From a virus (taxonomy: Duplodnaviria > Caudoviricetes), in IMG/VR virus record IMGVR_UViG_3300034063_001003, positions 1 through 62,070 of that record: a DNA stretch of 62,070 bases; one strand, given 5' to 3'. Position numbers and translations under genes: made by a program. The notes beneath the pieces are model-generated. The model saw nothing but the letters and a program-made list of their open reading frames with translations, did not search any database and was not told the origin of the DNA. Shown piece after piece: positions 17,484-25,934 of the stretch (position 1 is its first letter; every line of letters begins with the position of its first letter).

Positions 17484-18581
17484 ATGAAAACACTTATGCA
17501 GGCCAACACTCAGTGGGCCACCCGTCCGGACGAAGAGCGCTTTTGCAGCCTCCCCGAGATGCATGCCGCCATGGAGGCGCGCCGCGCCATCAGCCGCGCG
17601 GCCGTGGTCAGCAGTCGGCGCCTGCGCGCCGTCCCGACCGACGATAACCGGGGCCTGATGATCGAGGGCCCGAACGGCCACGGCTATGCGCCCACGCACT
17701 GGGCCATGGGCCAGGCCGCTAACCTGGTCGGCGCGCCAGGCGCCTACCTTCGGCAGCTGCCGGCCCCGCTGGCGGCCGACTGCCTAAATTACGGGTTCCA
17801 GGTCGAGCGTGACGCCAAGGATATCGGCGTCCTGTTGTCTCGGAATGGCGTGTCGGAGCTTCGGGCCGTGACCGGGCCCAACTATGGCCGCATTTGGGAC
17901 GGTGACGTGGTGGCCGCCCTGATGGATCGCTTCGGGGATGGGGTAACCGGTGACTGGCGCGTCCCTGGCACGTGGGGCAAAGCACTCGACCAGGTGACAA
18001 AGGCCAACACCACGTTATATGCCGGCGATAGGGATTGTTTTATTTTCCTGGCGGATGAGATAAACCGTATTGAACTGCCAGGCCGGCGTGACGGTAAAAC
18101 CGGCGAGCTCGCGCGCGGGTTTTTTGTCACCAACAGCGAAACCGGCGCCGGCTCCCTGCGCGTCAAAACCTTTTTGTTTGATTTTGTTTGCGCTAATCGC
18201 ATTGTTTGGGGCGCGCACGAATTGGATGAAATCAGCATCCGGCACACGGCCAGCGCGCCGGATAAATTTATCGACCAGGTGACGCCCGCTCTTTTGGAAT
18301 ATAGCCGCGCGAGCGCGGCCAATATATCCGGGGTCCTGCGCGGCGCCCAGGCCAGCAAAATCGACAAGGTCGATAAATTCCTGGCGAACCGGTTCGGGCC
18401 GCGCGTGGCCGCACGCGTGCAACATGCGCACATGCTCGACGAAGGCCGGCCGATCGAGACGGTTTGGGACGCGGTAACCGGCGCCACCGCGTACGCCAGG
18501 TCGATCCCCTGGCAGTCCGACCGGGTCGAATTTGAAACCCAGGCCGGCGGCCTGTTGGACCTGGTAGAGGTGGTTTCGTGA
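17484..18581 (+). CDS. DUF932-like phage/plasmid protein
   Basis: QWATRPDEERF...RGFFVTNSETGAGS...FVCANRIVWG...IRHT motifs. Confidence 0.65.
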   Translation: MKTLMQANTQWATRPDEERFCSLPEMHAAMEARRAISRAAVVSSRRLRAVPTDDNRGLMIEGPNGHGYAPTHWAMGQAANLVGAPGAYLRQLPAPLAADCLNYGFQVERDAKDIGVLLSRNGVSELRAVTGPNYGRIWDGDVVAALMDRFGDGVTGDWRVPGTWGKALDQVTKANTTLYAGDRDCFIFLADEINRIELPGRRDGKTGELARGFFVTNSETGAGSLRVKTFLFDFVCANRIVWGAHELDEISIRHTASAPDKFIDQVTPALLEYSRASAANISGVLRGAQASKIDKVDKFLANRFGPRVAARVQHAHMLDEGRPIETVWDAVTGATAYARSIPWQSDRVEFETQAGGLLDLVEVVS

Positions 18582-18787
18582 GCCGGCGCCTGGTTTATGC
18601 CGGGGCTTTCCCCGGGGTCGGTCGGTTTCGCGTTACCTGGTCGGCCGAATATTCCGAATACAGGGTCCAGTTAATCGACCAGGTCGAAAACCTGGTTTCG
18701 GAATATTTCACGCCCGACCGGGTTGACGCAATTAACACGGCCGACCGCATGCTATCCGACCAGGCCGCGCGCCTGGGGGTCGACTGA
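18578..18787 (+). CDS. Hypothetical protein
   Basis: Coupled GTGA; EYSEYRV...YFT.DR.DAINTA. Confidence 0.6.
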   Translation: MSRRLVYAGAFPGVGRFRVTWSAEYSEYRVQLIDQVENLVSEYFTPDRVDAINTADRMLSDQAARLGVD

Positions 18788-18808
18788 CCTGGTCGACCTG
18801 GTAGATTT

Positions 18809-18834
18809 AACCCGGCCAGCGTGCCGGGTTTTTT
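18809..18834 (+). terminator. Intrinsic terminator
   Basis: AACCCGGC-cagcgt-GCCGGGTT-TTTT. Confidence 0.75.
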
Positions 18835-18900
18835 ATGGTTAGAATGTTTGCACCGCGCCAGGTCGGTTACCTGGTTAGAAAGTTAGAAAGTGAGCCCCGA

Positions 18901-19074
18901 ATGCTTAAGACAATCCGCACCAGCGCGAACCGCAAAACCGGTCCCGCAACAGTCACGCACCGCCCCGACCCGCGCCAGGCTTTGCCCGCTACCAGCGCGA
19001 TCGCTCGCGATTGGACCGGGCGCCCGTTGGCCTATCGCATCCCCGGCCTTGGCCGTTTTACTTCAAACAAGTAA
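18901..19074 (+). pseudogene. Truncated, diverged duplicate of the 5' end of the downstream gene (57 aa)
   Basis: 18901-18944 matches 19085-19128 at 43 of 44 nt. Confidence 0.5.
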
Positions 19075-19084
19075 GGGGCCGGCC

Positions 19085-19774
19085 ATGCTTAAGACAATCC
19101 GCACCAGCGCGAACCGTAAAACCGGTCCGATTGCCGTCACCTACCGCGCCGGCCAGCATGCGACCCTGGCCACCTGCCCCAAGGCGTGCCCGCTAAACCC
19201 CAAAGGGGACCAAGGCGCCGACCTGGTCGACCAGGCCTATTTGACGGCCGTGCGCCAGGCCGTGCCACCTGGTGGCCAAGCTTGGACCTATTCGCATTTC
19301 CCGGCCGAAACCCTGCCGGCGCCGGCGCCTGGTGAAACCGTGATTAACGCCAGCTGCGACACGATCGACCAGGCCCTGGCCGCCATGGCCATCGGCCGCC
19401 CGGCCACCGTGGCCGCACCGGCCGGCACGGTTTGGCCGTATACCGTGGCCGGCCGCCGGTTTATCCAGTGCCCGGCCGAAACGGTCGACACGGTTACGTG
19501 CGCCAGCTGCGGCGCCGGCCGTCCCTTGTGCGCACGCGGGGACCGGGACTACGCGATTGTTTTTGTTGCGCATGGCCAGGCCGCGCGCCTGGTCGGGTCC
19601 GACCAGGCCGGCGGATGTTACGGGACCGGCGGACCTGTTGCGATAGCCTGGCACAGTACCCGCCAGGCCGGCGCGCCTGATGACGCGGCCGCCGTGGTCC
19701 GGTTTGCCCGGTCCCTCCCGCCTGGGTCCCTGTTGCGCCACCACGTGGTCGGCGACCTGGGTCGCGACCAGTAA
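19085..19774 (+). CDS. Cys-rich conserved phage protein (possible metal or Fe-S binding)
   Basis: SANRKTGPI, TCPKACPL, WTYSH, INASCD, CPAE..TCASCG..LCA, FVAHG, LRHHVVGD. Confidence 0.7.
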   Translation: MLKTIRTSANRKTGPIAVTYRAGQHATLATCPKACPLNPKGDQGADLVDQAYLTAVRQAVPPGGQAWTYSHFPAETLPAPAPGETVINASCDTIDQALAAMAIGRPATVAAPAGTVWPYTVAGRRFIQCPAETVDTVTCASCGAGRPLCARGDRDYAIVFVAHGQAARLVGSDQAGGCYGTGGPVAIAWHSTRQAGAPDDAAAVVRFARSLPPGSLLRHHVVGDLGRDQ

Positions 19775-19796
19775 CCCGTTTTCACCCCACAGCGAG

Positions 19797-19819
19797 CCCG
19801 GCCGCGCGCCGGGTTTTTT
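19797..19819 (+). terminator. Intrinsic terminator
   Basis: CCCGGC-cgcgc-GCCGGG-TTTTTT. Confidence 0.75.
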
Positions 19820-19829
19820 GCTTCGGGTA

Positions 19830-20310
19830 TCAAGCTCCTGCCGGCCTACCTGGTCAAGCTCCTGCCGGCCTACCTGGTCGAGCTCCCATTAACCCGCCAG
19901 GCCGGCCGCCGGCCGTGCCAGGCCGCGAGCTTCGGCCAGCTGGCCCGTGGTCCGCGCGCCAGGTATCACGCGCCTGGTCGACCTGGTGCTGCAGCTGGTG
20001 GCGCGCGGTTTTGCACCTGGTGCTGCAGCTGGTGGCCGTGGCCGTGTTTGTGTTTGTGTCTACCTGGTGGCCCGTGTTTGCATGTACATGCAAACCAGGT
20101 CCGGGGCCCGTGCACCTGGTCGACCAGGCCGCCGACCTGGTGCCCGTGCTACCTGGTCGACCAGGCCGCGCACCTGGTGCCAGGCGACCAGGCGACCAGG
20201 CCGCCGACCAGGTGGCCGCGGCGCCCGGCGCCAGGTCCGCGGACCGCGGCGCCCGGACCCCCCACCCCGGACCCCGGGTCCAAAAAACGGGCCGCTGCCC
20301 AGGCTGCGCC
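19830..20310. repeat. Non-coding CCWGG-rich repeat array
   Basis: About 22 CCWGG by manual count; 24-bp tandem repeat x2.4 (19830-19886); 22-bp direct repeat (19981, 20015); CCTGGTCGACCAGG palindromes (20115, 20152). Confidence 0.85.
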
Positions 20311-20437
20311 GGCCTTGGCCCGGTTTTACACGGTCAGTGGTCCGCGAAACAGTTTTCTTGTTCCATGAAAACTACCCCCTTCCAAAAAACCTCGATTTGG
20401 CCCAAAAATTTTTCGCAGTTGAAATACAATCAGTTCC

Positions 20438-20770
20438 ATGAAAACAACCTGCTCAAAGTGTGGCTTGCCCAATGACCGCCTGCCCCAGCGGTATTGCCGC
20501 GTGTGCCATGCTGCGTACGCCAGGGCCCGTCGTCCGCGGCACGCGGACCTTGAACCGGGTCAAAAGCAGCGATCGATCGCCCGCTCGTACGCCAACGTGT
20601 ATCAGCGCCGTGGCAAGATTGCCCCCGAGCCGTGCTCCGTCTGCCGTGATCCGGTTGCCCAGAAGCATCATGAGGACTACAGTAGGCCCTTGCAGATCAC
20701 CTGGCTCTGCCGCAAATGTCACCAAAAGCGGCATTTGGATGACAAACTTCTTCACGTGAAACAATCATGA
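20438..20770 (+). CDS. Zinc-finger / HNH-like protein upstream of TerL
   Basis: CSKC..CRVC and CSVC...HHEDYSRPLQITWLCRKCH. Confidence 0.7.
   Translation: MKTTCSKCGLPNDRLPQRYCRVCHAAYARARRPRHADLEPGQKQRSIARSYANVYQRRGKIAPEPCSVCRDPVAQKHHEDYSRPLQITWLCRKCHQKRHLDDKLLHVKQS
20748..20763. promoter_or_regulatory. parS-like site
   Basis: TTCTTCACGTGAAACA, 14/16 match to TGTTTCACGTGAAACA. Confidence 0.45.
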
Positions 20771-22227
20771 TCCCTGACGACGTTGACGCGGAACGACTGC
20801 GCCTTGAGCTGCGGCTCTCGCAACTTGAAGCTCAAGACAGAGCGAGGACTCACTTCATCGACTTTGTTCGGTACGTCTGGCCTGAGGCGATCCTTGGCGC
20901 GCACCATGAGAAGATGGCCGCGGCCTTTGATCGGATTGCCAACGGCACGCTCAAGCGCCTGATCATCAACATGCCGCCCCGGCACACGAAGTCTGAGTTT
21001 GCGTCCTACCTGCTGCCGGCGTTTCTCATGGGCCGCGCTCCGCGGACCAAGGCCATTGAGGCGACCCACAATGGTGAGCTTGCCGTGCGCTTTGGTCGCA
21101 AGGTCAGGGACCTGATGGATCAGCCTGCGTACAAGGAGCTTTTTCCTGAGGTGAGCCTGAAGCAGGATTCAAAGGCTGCTGGCCGGTGGGACACGAACAA
21201 GGGTGGCGAGTACTTTGCGGTCGGTGTTGGCGGTGCGATGACCGGGCGGGGTGCGGACGTGTTGGTGATTGACGATCCGCATTCAGAGCAGGATGCCTTG
21301 TCGGATTTGGCTTTGGACAATGCCTGGGAGTGGTACCAGGGTGGTCCTCGTACTCGTTTGCAGCCGGGCGGGGCGATTGTGATTGTGATGACGCGCTGGG
21401 GCACGAAGGACATGACGGCCCGGCTGATCAAGGCGCAGTCGAGCCACAACGCGGACAAGTGGGAGGTGATTGAGTTCCCGGCCATCTTACCTAGTGGTAG
21501 ACCCTTATGGCCTGAGTTCTGGAAGCTCGACGAGTTGTTGGCGGTGAAAGCGTCGCTGTCGGTGCAGAAGTGGAACGCGATGTACCAGCAGCAGCCCACG
21601 AACGACGAGGGCGCGATCTTGAAGAGGGAGTGGTGGAAGGTCTGGCAGCATGATGATCCGCCGGTGGTGAACTACATCATCCAGACGATGGACACGGCGT
21701 ACTCGAAGAAGGAGACGGCTGACTTCTCTGTCATCGCGACCTGGGGCGTGTTTTACCTGAACGAGGACTCGGGGGCCAACATCATCTTGTTGGACGTCAA
21801 ACGGGGCAGGTGGGATTTCCCGGAGCTCAAAAAGGTGGCCAAGGAGCAGTACGACCACTGGCAGCCTGACAACCTGCTGATTGAGGCGAAGGCGACGGGA
21901 ACGCCGCTGCAGCAGGAGCTGCGGCGGATGGACATCCCGGTGACGATGTACTCACCTGGTGGGCGCAAGACGGGGACGGACAAGATTGCCCGGGTCAACG
22001 CGGTGGCGCCGGTGTTGGAGTCGGGGATTGTCTGGGCGCCGGATACGGACTGGGCCGAGGAGTTGGTGGAGGAGTGTGCGGCGTTTCCGCACGGGGACAA
22101 CGACGACATGGTGGACGTGACGACCATGGCGCTGATGCGCTTTCGCCAGGGCAACTTCGTGACCTTGGCCACTGACGCGCCGGACGAGGAGCCTAGCCAA
22201 GAAGGGCTTGTCCCAGAGTACTACTGA
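20767..22227 (+). CDS. terL: Terminase large subunit
   Basis: MPPRHTKSE Walker A, VIDDPH Walker B, DTAYS..TADFS, IEAKATG, HGDNDDMVD nuclease motifs. Confidence 0.95.
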   Translation: MIPDDVDAERLRLELRLSQLEAQDRARTHFIDFVRYVWPEAILGAHHEKMAAAFDRIANGTLKRLIINMPPRHTKSEFASYLLPAFLMGRAPRTKAIEATHNGELAVRFGRKVRDLMDQPAYKELFPEVSLKQDSKAAGRWDTNKGGEYFAVGVGGAMTGRGADVLVIDDPHSEQDALSDLALDNAWEWYQGGPRTRLQPGGAIVIVMTRWGTKDMTARLIKAQSSHNADKWEVIEFPAILPSGRPLWPEFWKLDELLAVKASLSVQKWNAMYQQQPTNDEGAILKREWWKVWQHDDPPVVNYIIQTMDTAYSKKETADFSVIATWGVFYLNEDSGANIILLDVKRGRWDFPELKKVAKEQYDHWQPDNLLIEAKATGTPLQQELRRMDIPVTMYSPGGRKTGTDKIARVNAVAPVLESGIVWAPDTDWAEELVEECAAFPHGDNDDMVDVTTMALMRFRQGNFVTLATDAPDEEPSQEGLVPEYY

Positions 22228-22268
22228 GGCATAAAATGGGGCGACACTCTTGACCCGGACGGGGAAAT

Positions 22269-25200
22269 ATGCAAGACGAACTCTCGCCCTATCAGCTCAA
22301 CACCGACCCTATGTCGGAGCCTATTGACTTGAACGCGGAGCAGCCGCTGCCGCAGTTCGCTGAGGGCGGGGAAGTCATGCAAGAGCCTGAGGAGCCGGAC
22401 TCCGAGGGCTACTACCGGCAACTGCTGGCCCAGTACGCCGGCTACGGCGCGCCGCCGCAAGCACCAGTGCAGTCCTTTGCCAAGGGCGGCTCCGTGAGCC
22501 TTGATGCGATGAGCGCGCTCATTGACGCGAGCGAGCCGCAGACTGAGGACGAGGCGACGGCCGACTACCTGTCGCAGTCGCAGCGCATGCTCGAGAACCT
22601 CGGTCCGCGGACCAGTCCTCGTCAGGCCACCGGCATGCGCCGGGTGCTGGCGCCCTCTGGTGGTGGCGCGGCGTCTCCGAAGGAGATGGAGTTGGCTGCC
22701 GGACCGCTGGCCACGGGCCAGGACTTTGCGATCAAGGAGCCCAAGGCGAAAGGCAAGGGCAAGGCGGGCAAGTCTGCCAAGGAGCAGTTGCAGGCTTTGG
22801 CCAGGCAGTACAAGCTCAAGCTGCGGGCGACGGAGAACGAGTCGCGTGGGCTGATGCGCTCGACGCTGGGCGCGCCCACATTGGAGCAGCCCACCTTGAC
22901 TTCGGAGACGCTGGGCGTGCGCCGGTTCCAGAAGGGTGGTGAGGCAAAAAAGTCTGAGGGGCAGGAGCTGCGGTCCCCTGAAGAGCAGCCGGTGACCGAA
23001 GAGTCCAGCGCCTCGCGGGCGCTCAAGTCAATGGTCTCTCCTGTCATGGAAGGCCTGCGTGGTTACGCGGGCCTTGAGCCGAGCGCCTCTGGCAGTGACG
23101 CGTATCGCACTGGCCAGGCCTTGGGCAACATGCCTGGCGTGGGCGTGCCTGGGGCGCTGGCGGGCATCTTCATTGGCAAGGGCGCCAAGGGCTGGAACGC
23201 GGCTTCCAATGCCTTGGCCCAGAAGATGACCAAGCAGGGTGCCGCGCCTGAGGAGGTTTGGAAGGCGACGGGCAACTTCAAGGCGCCGGACGGCATGTGG
23301 CGCCAGGAGATATCGGACGCAGGCGCGACGATTCGCGAGTCTGTTCTTCAGGGTCGGGCGGAGCGAGTGCTGTCGCATCCGGAACTCTTCGCAAACTACC
23401 CCGAGCTGGGCAAACTGTCGACGATTGTGAACCCACGGTCAATCAACAGCGCACTTGTTGGTGGTGCAGAACCAGGTGCCGTGATCACTGTCGGTGGGGC
23501 CTTGGGAAAAAACGCAGGGGCGAAAGGCATGCTTCACGAGCTGCAGCATGCAATTCAGTTCAAAGAAAATTTCGGCCAAGGCGGGTCAAAGGCCCTGGCC
23601 TTTACTGACCCCCAGGCGTTTGAAATTTTAAAGACGGTCCGGGCCCGAATGGCTCAGCCCGTGTCGGCAGAAAAGTTTGCCAAGGAGGGTTGGCAAAGTG
23701 ACGTGGTGACACCAGAGATTGCGCAGAATTACCAGAAATATCTGAACCACCACAAGAAAAATTTGACCCGCATGGACAAGGCAGCTCAGCAAGCTGCTGC
23801 GGAGGAGTATTACATGAGGCTTCTGGGCGAGGCCGAGTCGCGAGCCGTTGAACTCCGTAAGGACATGCCATGGGACAAACGGCTTCAAGTCATTCCCTCG
23901 CAAAGTTACCGTATGAATGATGGCCGGGACATCATCCCGCTGGACAAGCTGATCGTCAAGCGCGCCGAGGGCAGTCCCAAGGAAGGCGAGGTCAGTGACG
24001 CGGAGATGGAAGCGGCCAGCCGCCCGGCCTTTGTCACGCCCAAGTCAGGCAAGGGCCGCAAGCGCGGTCCCATCAGCGATGCGCTCAACACCGGCTCGGC
24101 GTACGTGGCCGCGGCCAAGGGAGCGTCGGAGCTGCCCTACGACATCGCCGGCGCACCGGTGGACATTGCCACGATGGCGCTGCGCCCCCTTGGCTACAAC
24201 GTCGACAAGCCTGTCATGGGCAGCGACTGGATCAAGGAGAAGATGACGCGCGCGGGCGTGCGGCAGGCGCCTCCTGAGGACCCGACGGCCAAGGGCTTTT
24301 ACACGGCTGGCGAGCTCATGGCCAACGTAGTCAACCCAGCGGCGGCAGTGCGCAGCGGGGTCCGCGGTGCGCAAAGGGTTGGCCAAGCAGCGCGGAGCGC
24401 GGCCCAGGACTTCCAGCAGTACAACCGCCAGTTGGACGTGCCCGGTGCGTCGTACGCCGTGCGGCCCATTGGCAGCACCATGCTCACGGGTCCTGTGGGC
24501 CACGATACCGACGTCAGCGAGATAGATCACATTCTGCGGCAGGGAAGAGACAGTGCGCGTAGCGTGGCGGGACAAAACGTTGAACAAGAAGAGCTGATTA
24601 AAAACTTCTGGGACGTAAAAGCTCGCAACTTTTTTACGCGTCAATTTGGAACGCCAAATGACCCCATTGCCGCGGCTATTTCCAAGAAGCAAATCAAAGG
24701 CTCGGCTTTGGACAAACTTTTCCCTGGATACATGATTGACCAGCTTTCAGTGGGCAAGACGCGCGTAAACGATCAGGGACAAGAACGCTTTTTCCCCAAG
24801 TACCCGCAAGCCATGGAAGACTTTACAAGTCGTTATGACCAGGCCACCGGCATTAAAGGCGGCCTGCTTACCCGCAACCCTGCTGCCTCTGAAAAAGACT
24901 ACACCTCGCTCAGCTCCGAGGGGCGGGCCATAGGCAGTGCCGCGGAGGAGTCAGAGGCGGACAGGATGTTGATGCAGGGCATGAGGCCTGAGCTGATTAA
25001 CGCAAGGGTGGGTGCGGTCACGCGCTCTTTGAAAGACCCTGCCCGCGTTATTGGAGACGGACCTAGTTCAACCAAAGACCTGTACCTGGCCTATGAGGAT
25101 TTATTGGCTTACGACAAGATGACGCCTGAGCAGAAAACAGCGTGGGCCAGCAACGAGTTTGGTAGAGGACGCAAGTTGCACGGCATGGACGAGGCGGAGG

Positions 25201-25925
25201 TCGGCAGGGGCTTTATGGGGGAAAACGTGCGGGCAGCCATTGAAAAGGGCGAGCCAATCTACGACGTCGGTTACATGGGCCGAGAGCTCAAGACGCTGTT
25301 CAACGCCGAGAACATCAACACCTATCTGTCAGGCCTGTCTCCCAGAGAACTTGCCAACATCCGGTTTGAAGACGCGGTACGAGGGGGCCTCAAGTTTGGG
25401 GACCGGGCCTCAGAATTTGAAAAAATACACGAACGCATTAGGGCGAACAAGCCCGTAGCCGACACAGTGTACTCAAACGGTGTGAGCGCTCCTTTACTGC
25501 AGTTTGGCGAGGGCTCAGGCCTTGATGGATTTGCTTGGAAGCGCATCGAAAAGCGCGAAGCCACCGTGCCTGAGGGGGCGTACGTAGGTCACTCTGTTGC
25601 AGGATATGAGCTGGGCGGCGTGGGGTACACATCCGACAAGCGCAACGGTTTCAACACTGGCAAGTGGCAAATATATACTCTACGTGACAACAGGAATAGG
25701 CCCGTCAACACAATTGAAGTGCGCATGGAAAATACGGGTCCGGTGGTCACGCAAATTAAGGGCAACGGCCGAGCCACAGGCAATACGGCCCCGGAGAAAT
25801 ACGACCAAGGAGTGCTGAGCTTCTTGCAAAACTACCTCAAGCCTATCAGCATTGCGGAGTCGGACACGTACCTCACCCCGCTGTTACAGTCCTATCGGGA
25901 TCAGCTCAAGACCGCTCGGCCATAA
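22269..25925 (+). CDS. Large polyvalent protein: LPD23-like plus HExxH zincin plus C-terminal PcfJ-like domain
   Basis: IFIG...VWKATG.FKAPDGMWRQEISD; LHELQHAIQ...YMRLLGEAESR; EG..VGHSVAGY...IYTLRD...TIEV...QIKGNG. Confidence 0.7.
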   Translation: MQDELSPYQLNTDPMSEPIDLNAEQPLPQFAEGGEVMQEPEEPDSEGYYRQLLAQYAGYGAPPQAPVQSFAKGGSVSLDAMSALIDASEPQTEDEATADYLSQSQRMLENLGPRTSPRQATGMRRVLAPSGGGAASPKEMELAAGPLATGQDFAIKEPKAKGKGKAGKSAKEQLQALARQYKLKLRATENESRGLMRSTLGAPTLEQPTLTSETLGVRRFQKGGEAKKSEGQELRSPEEQPVTEESSASRALKSMVSPVMEGLRGYAGLEPSASGSDAYRTGQALGNMPGVGVPGALAGIFIGKGAKGWNAASNALAQKMTKQGAAPEEVWKATGNFKAPDGMWRQEISDAGATIRESVLQGRAERVLSHPELFANYPELGKLSTIVNPRSINSALVGGAEPGAVITVGGALGKNAGAKGMLHELQHAIQFKENFGQGGSKALAFTDPQAFEILKTVRARMAQPVSAEKFAKEGWQSDVVTPEIAQNYQKYLNHHKKNLTRMDKAAQQAAAEEYYMRLLGEAESRAVELRKDMPWDKRLQVIPSQSYRMNDGRDIIPLDKLIVKRAEGSPKEGEVSDAEMEAASRPAFVTPKSGKGRKRGPISDALNTGSAYVAAAKGASELPYDIAGAPVDIATMALRPLGYNVDKPVMGSDWIKEKMTRAGVRQAPPEDPTAKGFYTAGELMANVVNPAAAVRSGVRGAQRVGQAARSAAQDFQQYNRQLDVPGASYAVRPIGSTMLTGPVGHDTDVSEIDHILRQGRDSARSVAGQNVEQEELIKNFWDVKARNFFTRQFGTPNDPIAAAISKKQIKGSALDKLFPGYMIDQLSVGKTRVNDQGQERFFPKYPQAMEDFTSRYDQATGIKGGLLTRNPAASEKDYTSLSSEGRAIGSAAEESEADRMLMQGMRPELINARVGAVTRSLKDPARVIGDGPSSTKDLYLAYEDLLAYDKMTPEQKTAWASNEFGRGRKLHGMDEAEVGRGFMGENVRAAIEKGEPIYDVGYMGRELKTLFNAENINTYLSGLSPRELANIRFEDAVRGGLKFGDRASEFEKIHERIRANKPVADTVYSNGVSAPLLQFGEGSGLDGFAWKRIEKREATVPEGAYVGHSVAGYELGGVGYTSDKRNGFNTGKWQIYTLRDNRNRPVNTIEVRMENTGPVVTQIKGNGRATGNTAPEKYDQGVLSFLQNYLKPISIAESDTYLTPLLQSYRDQLKTARP

Positions 25926-25934
25926 GGAAAGCAC

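Noticed and set aside
18901-19128. DGR template/variable repeat pair
   Set aside because: No reverse transcriptase in the genome; the single mismatch is C/T rather than adenine-specific; the repeat is at a 5' gene end.
19830-20240. Possible CRISPR mini-array
   Set aside because: Repeats are tandem or irregularly spaced, with no constant repeat-unique spacer pattern and no cas operon.
19854-20475. ORFs across the CCWGG array
   Set aside because: Low-complexity translations in several frames with no RBS, downstream of a terminator; treated as non-coding.
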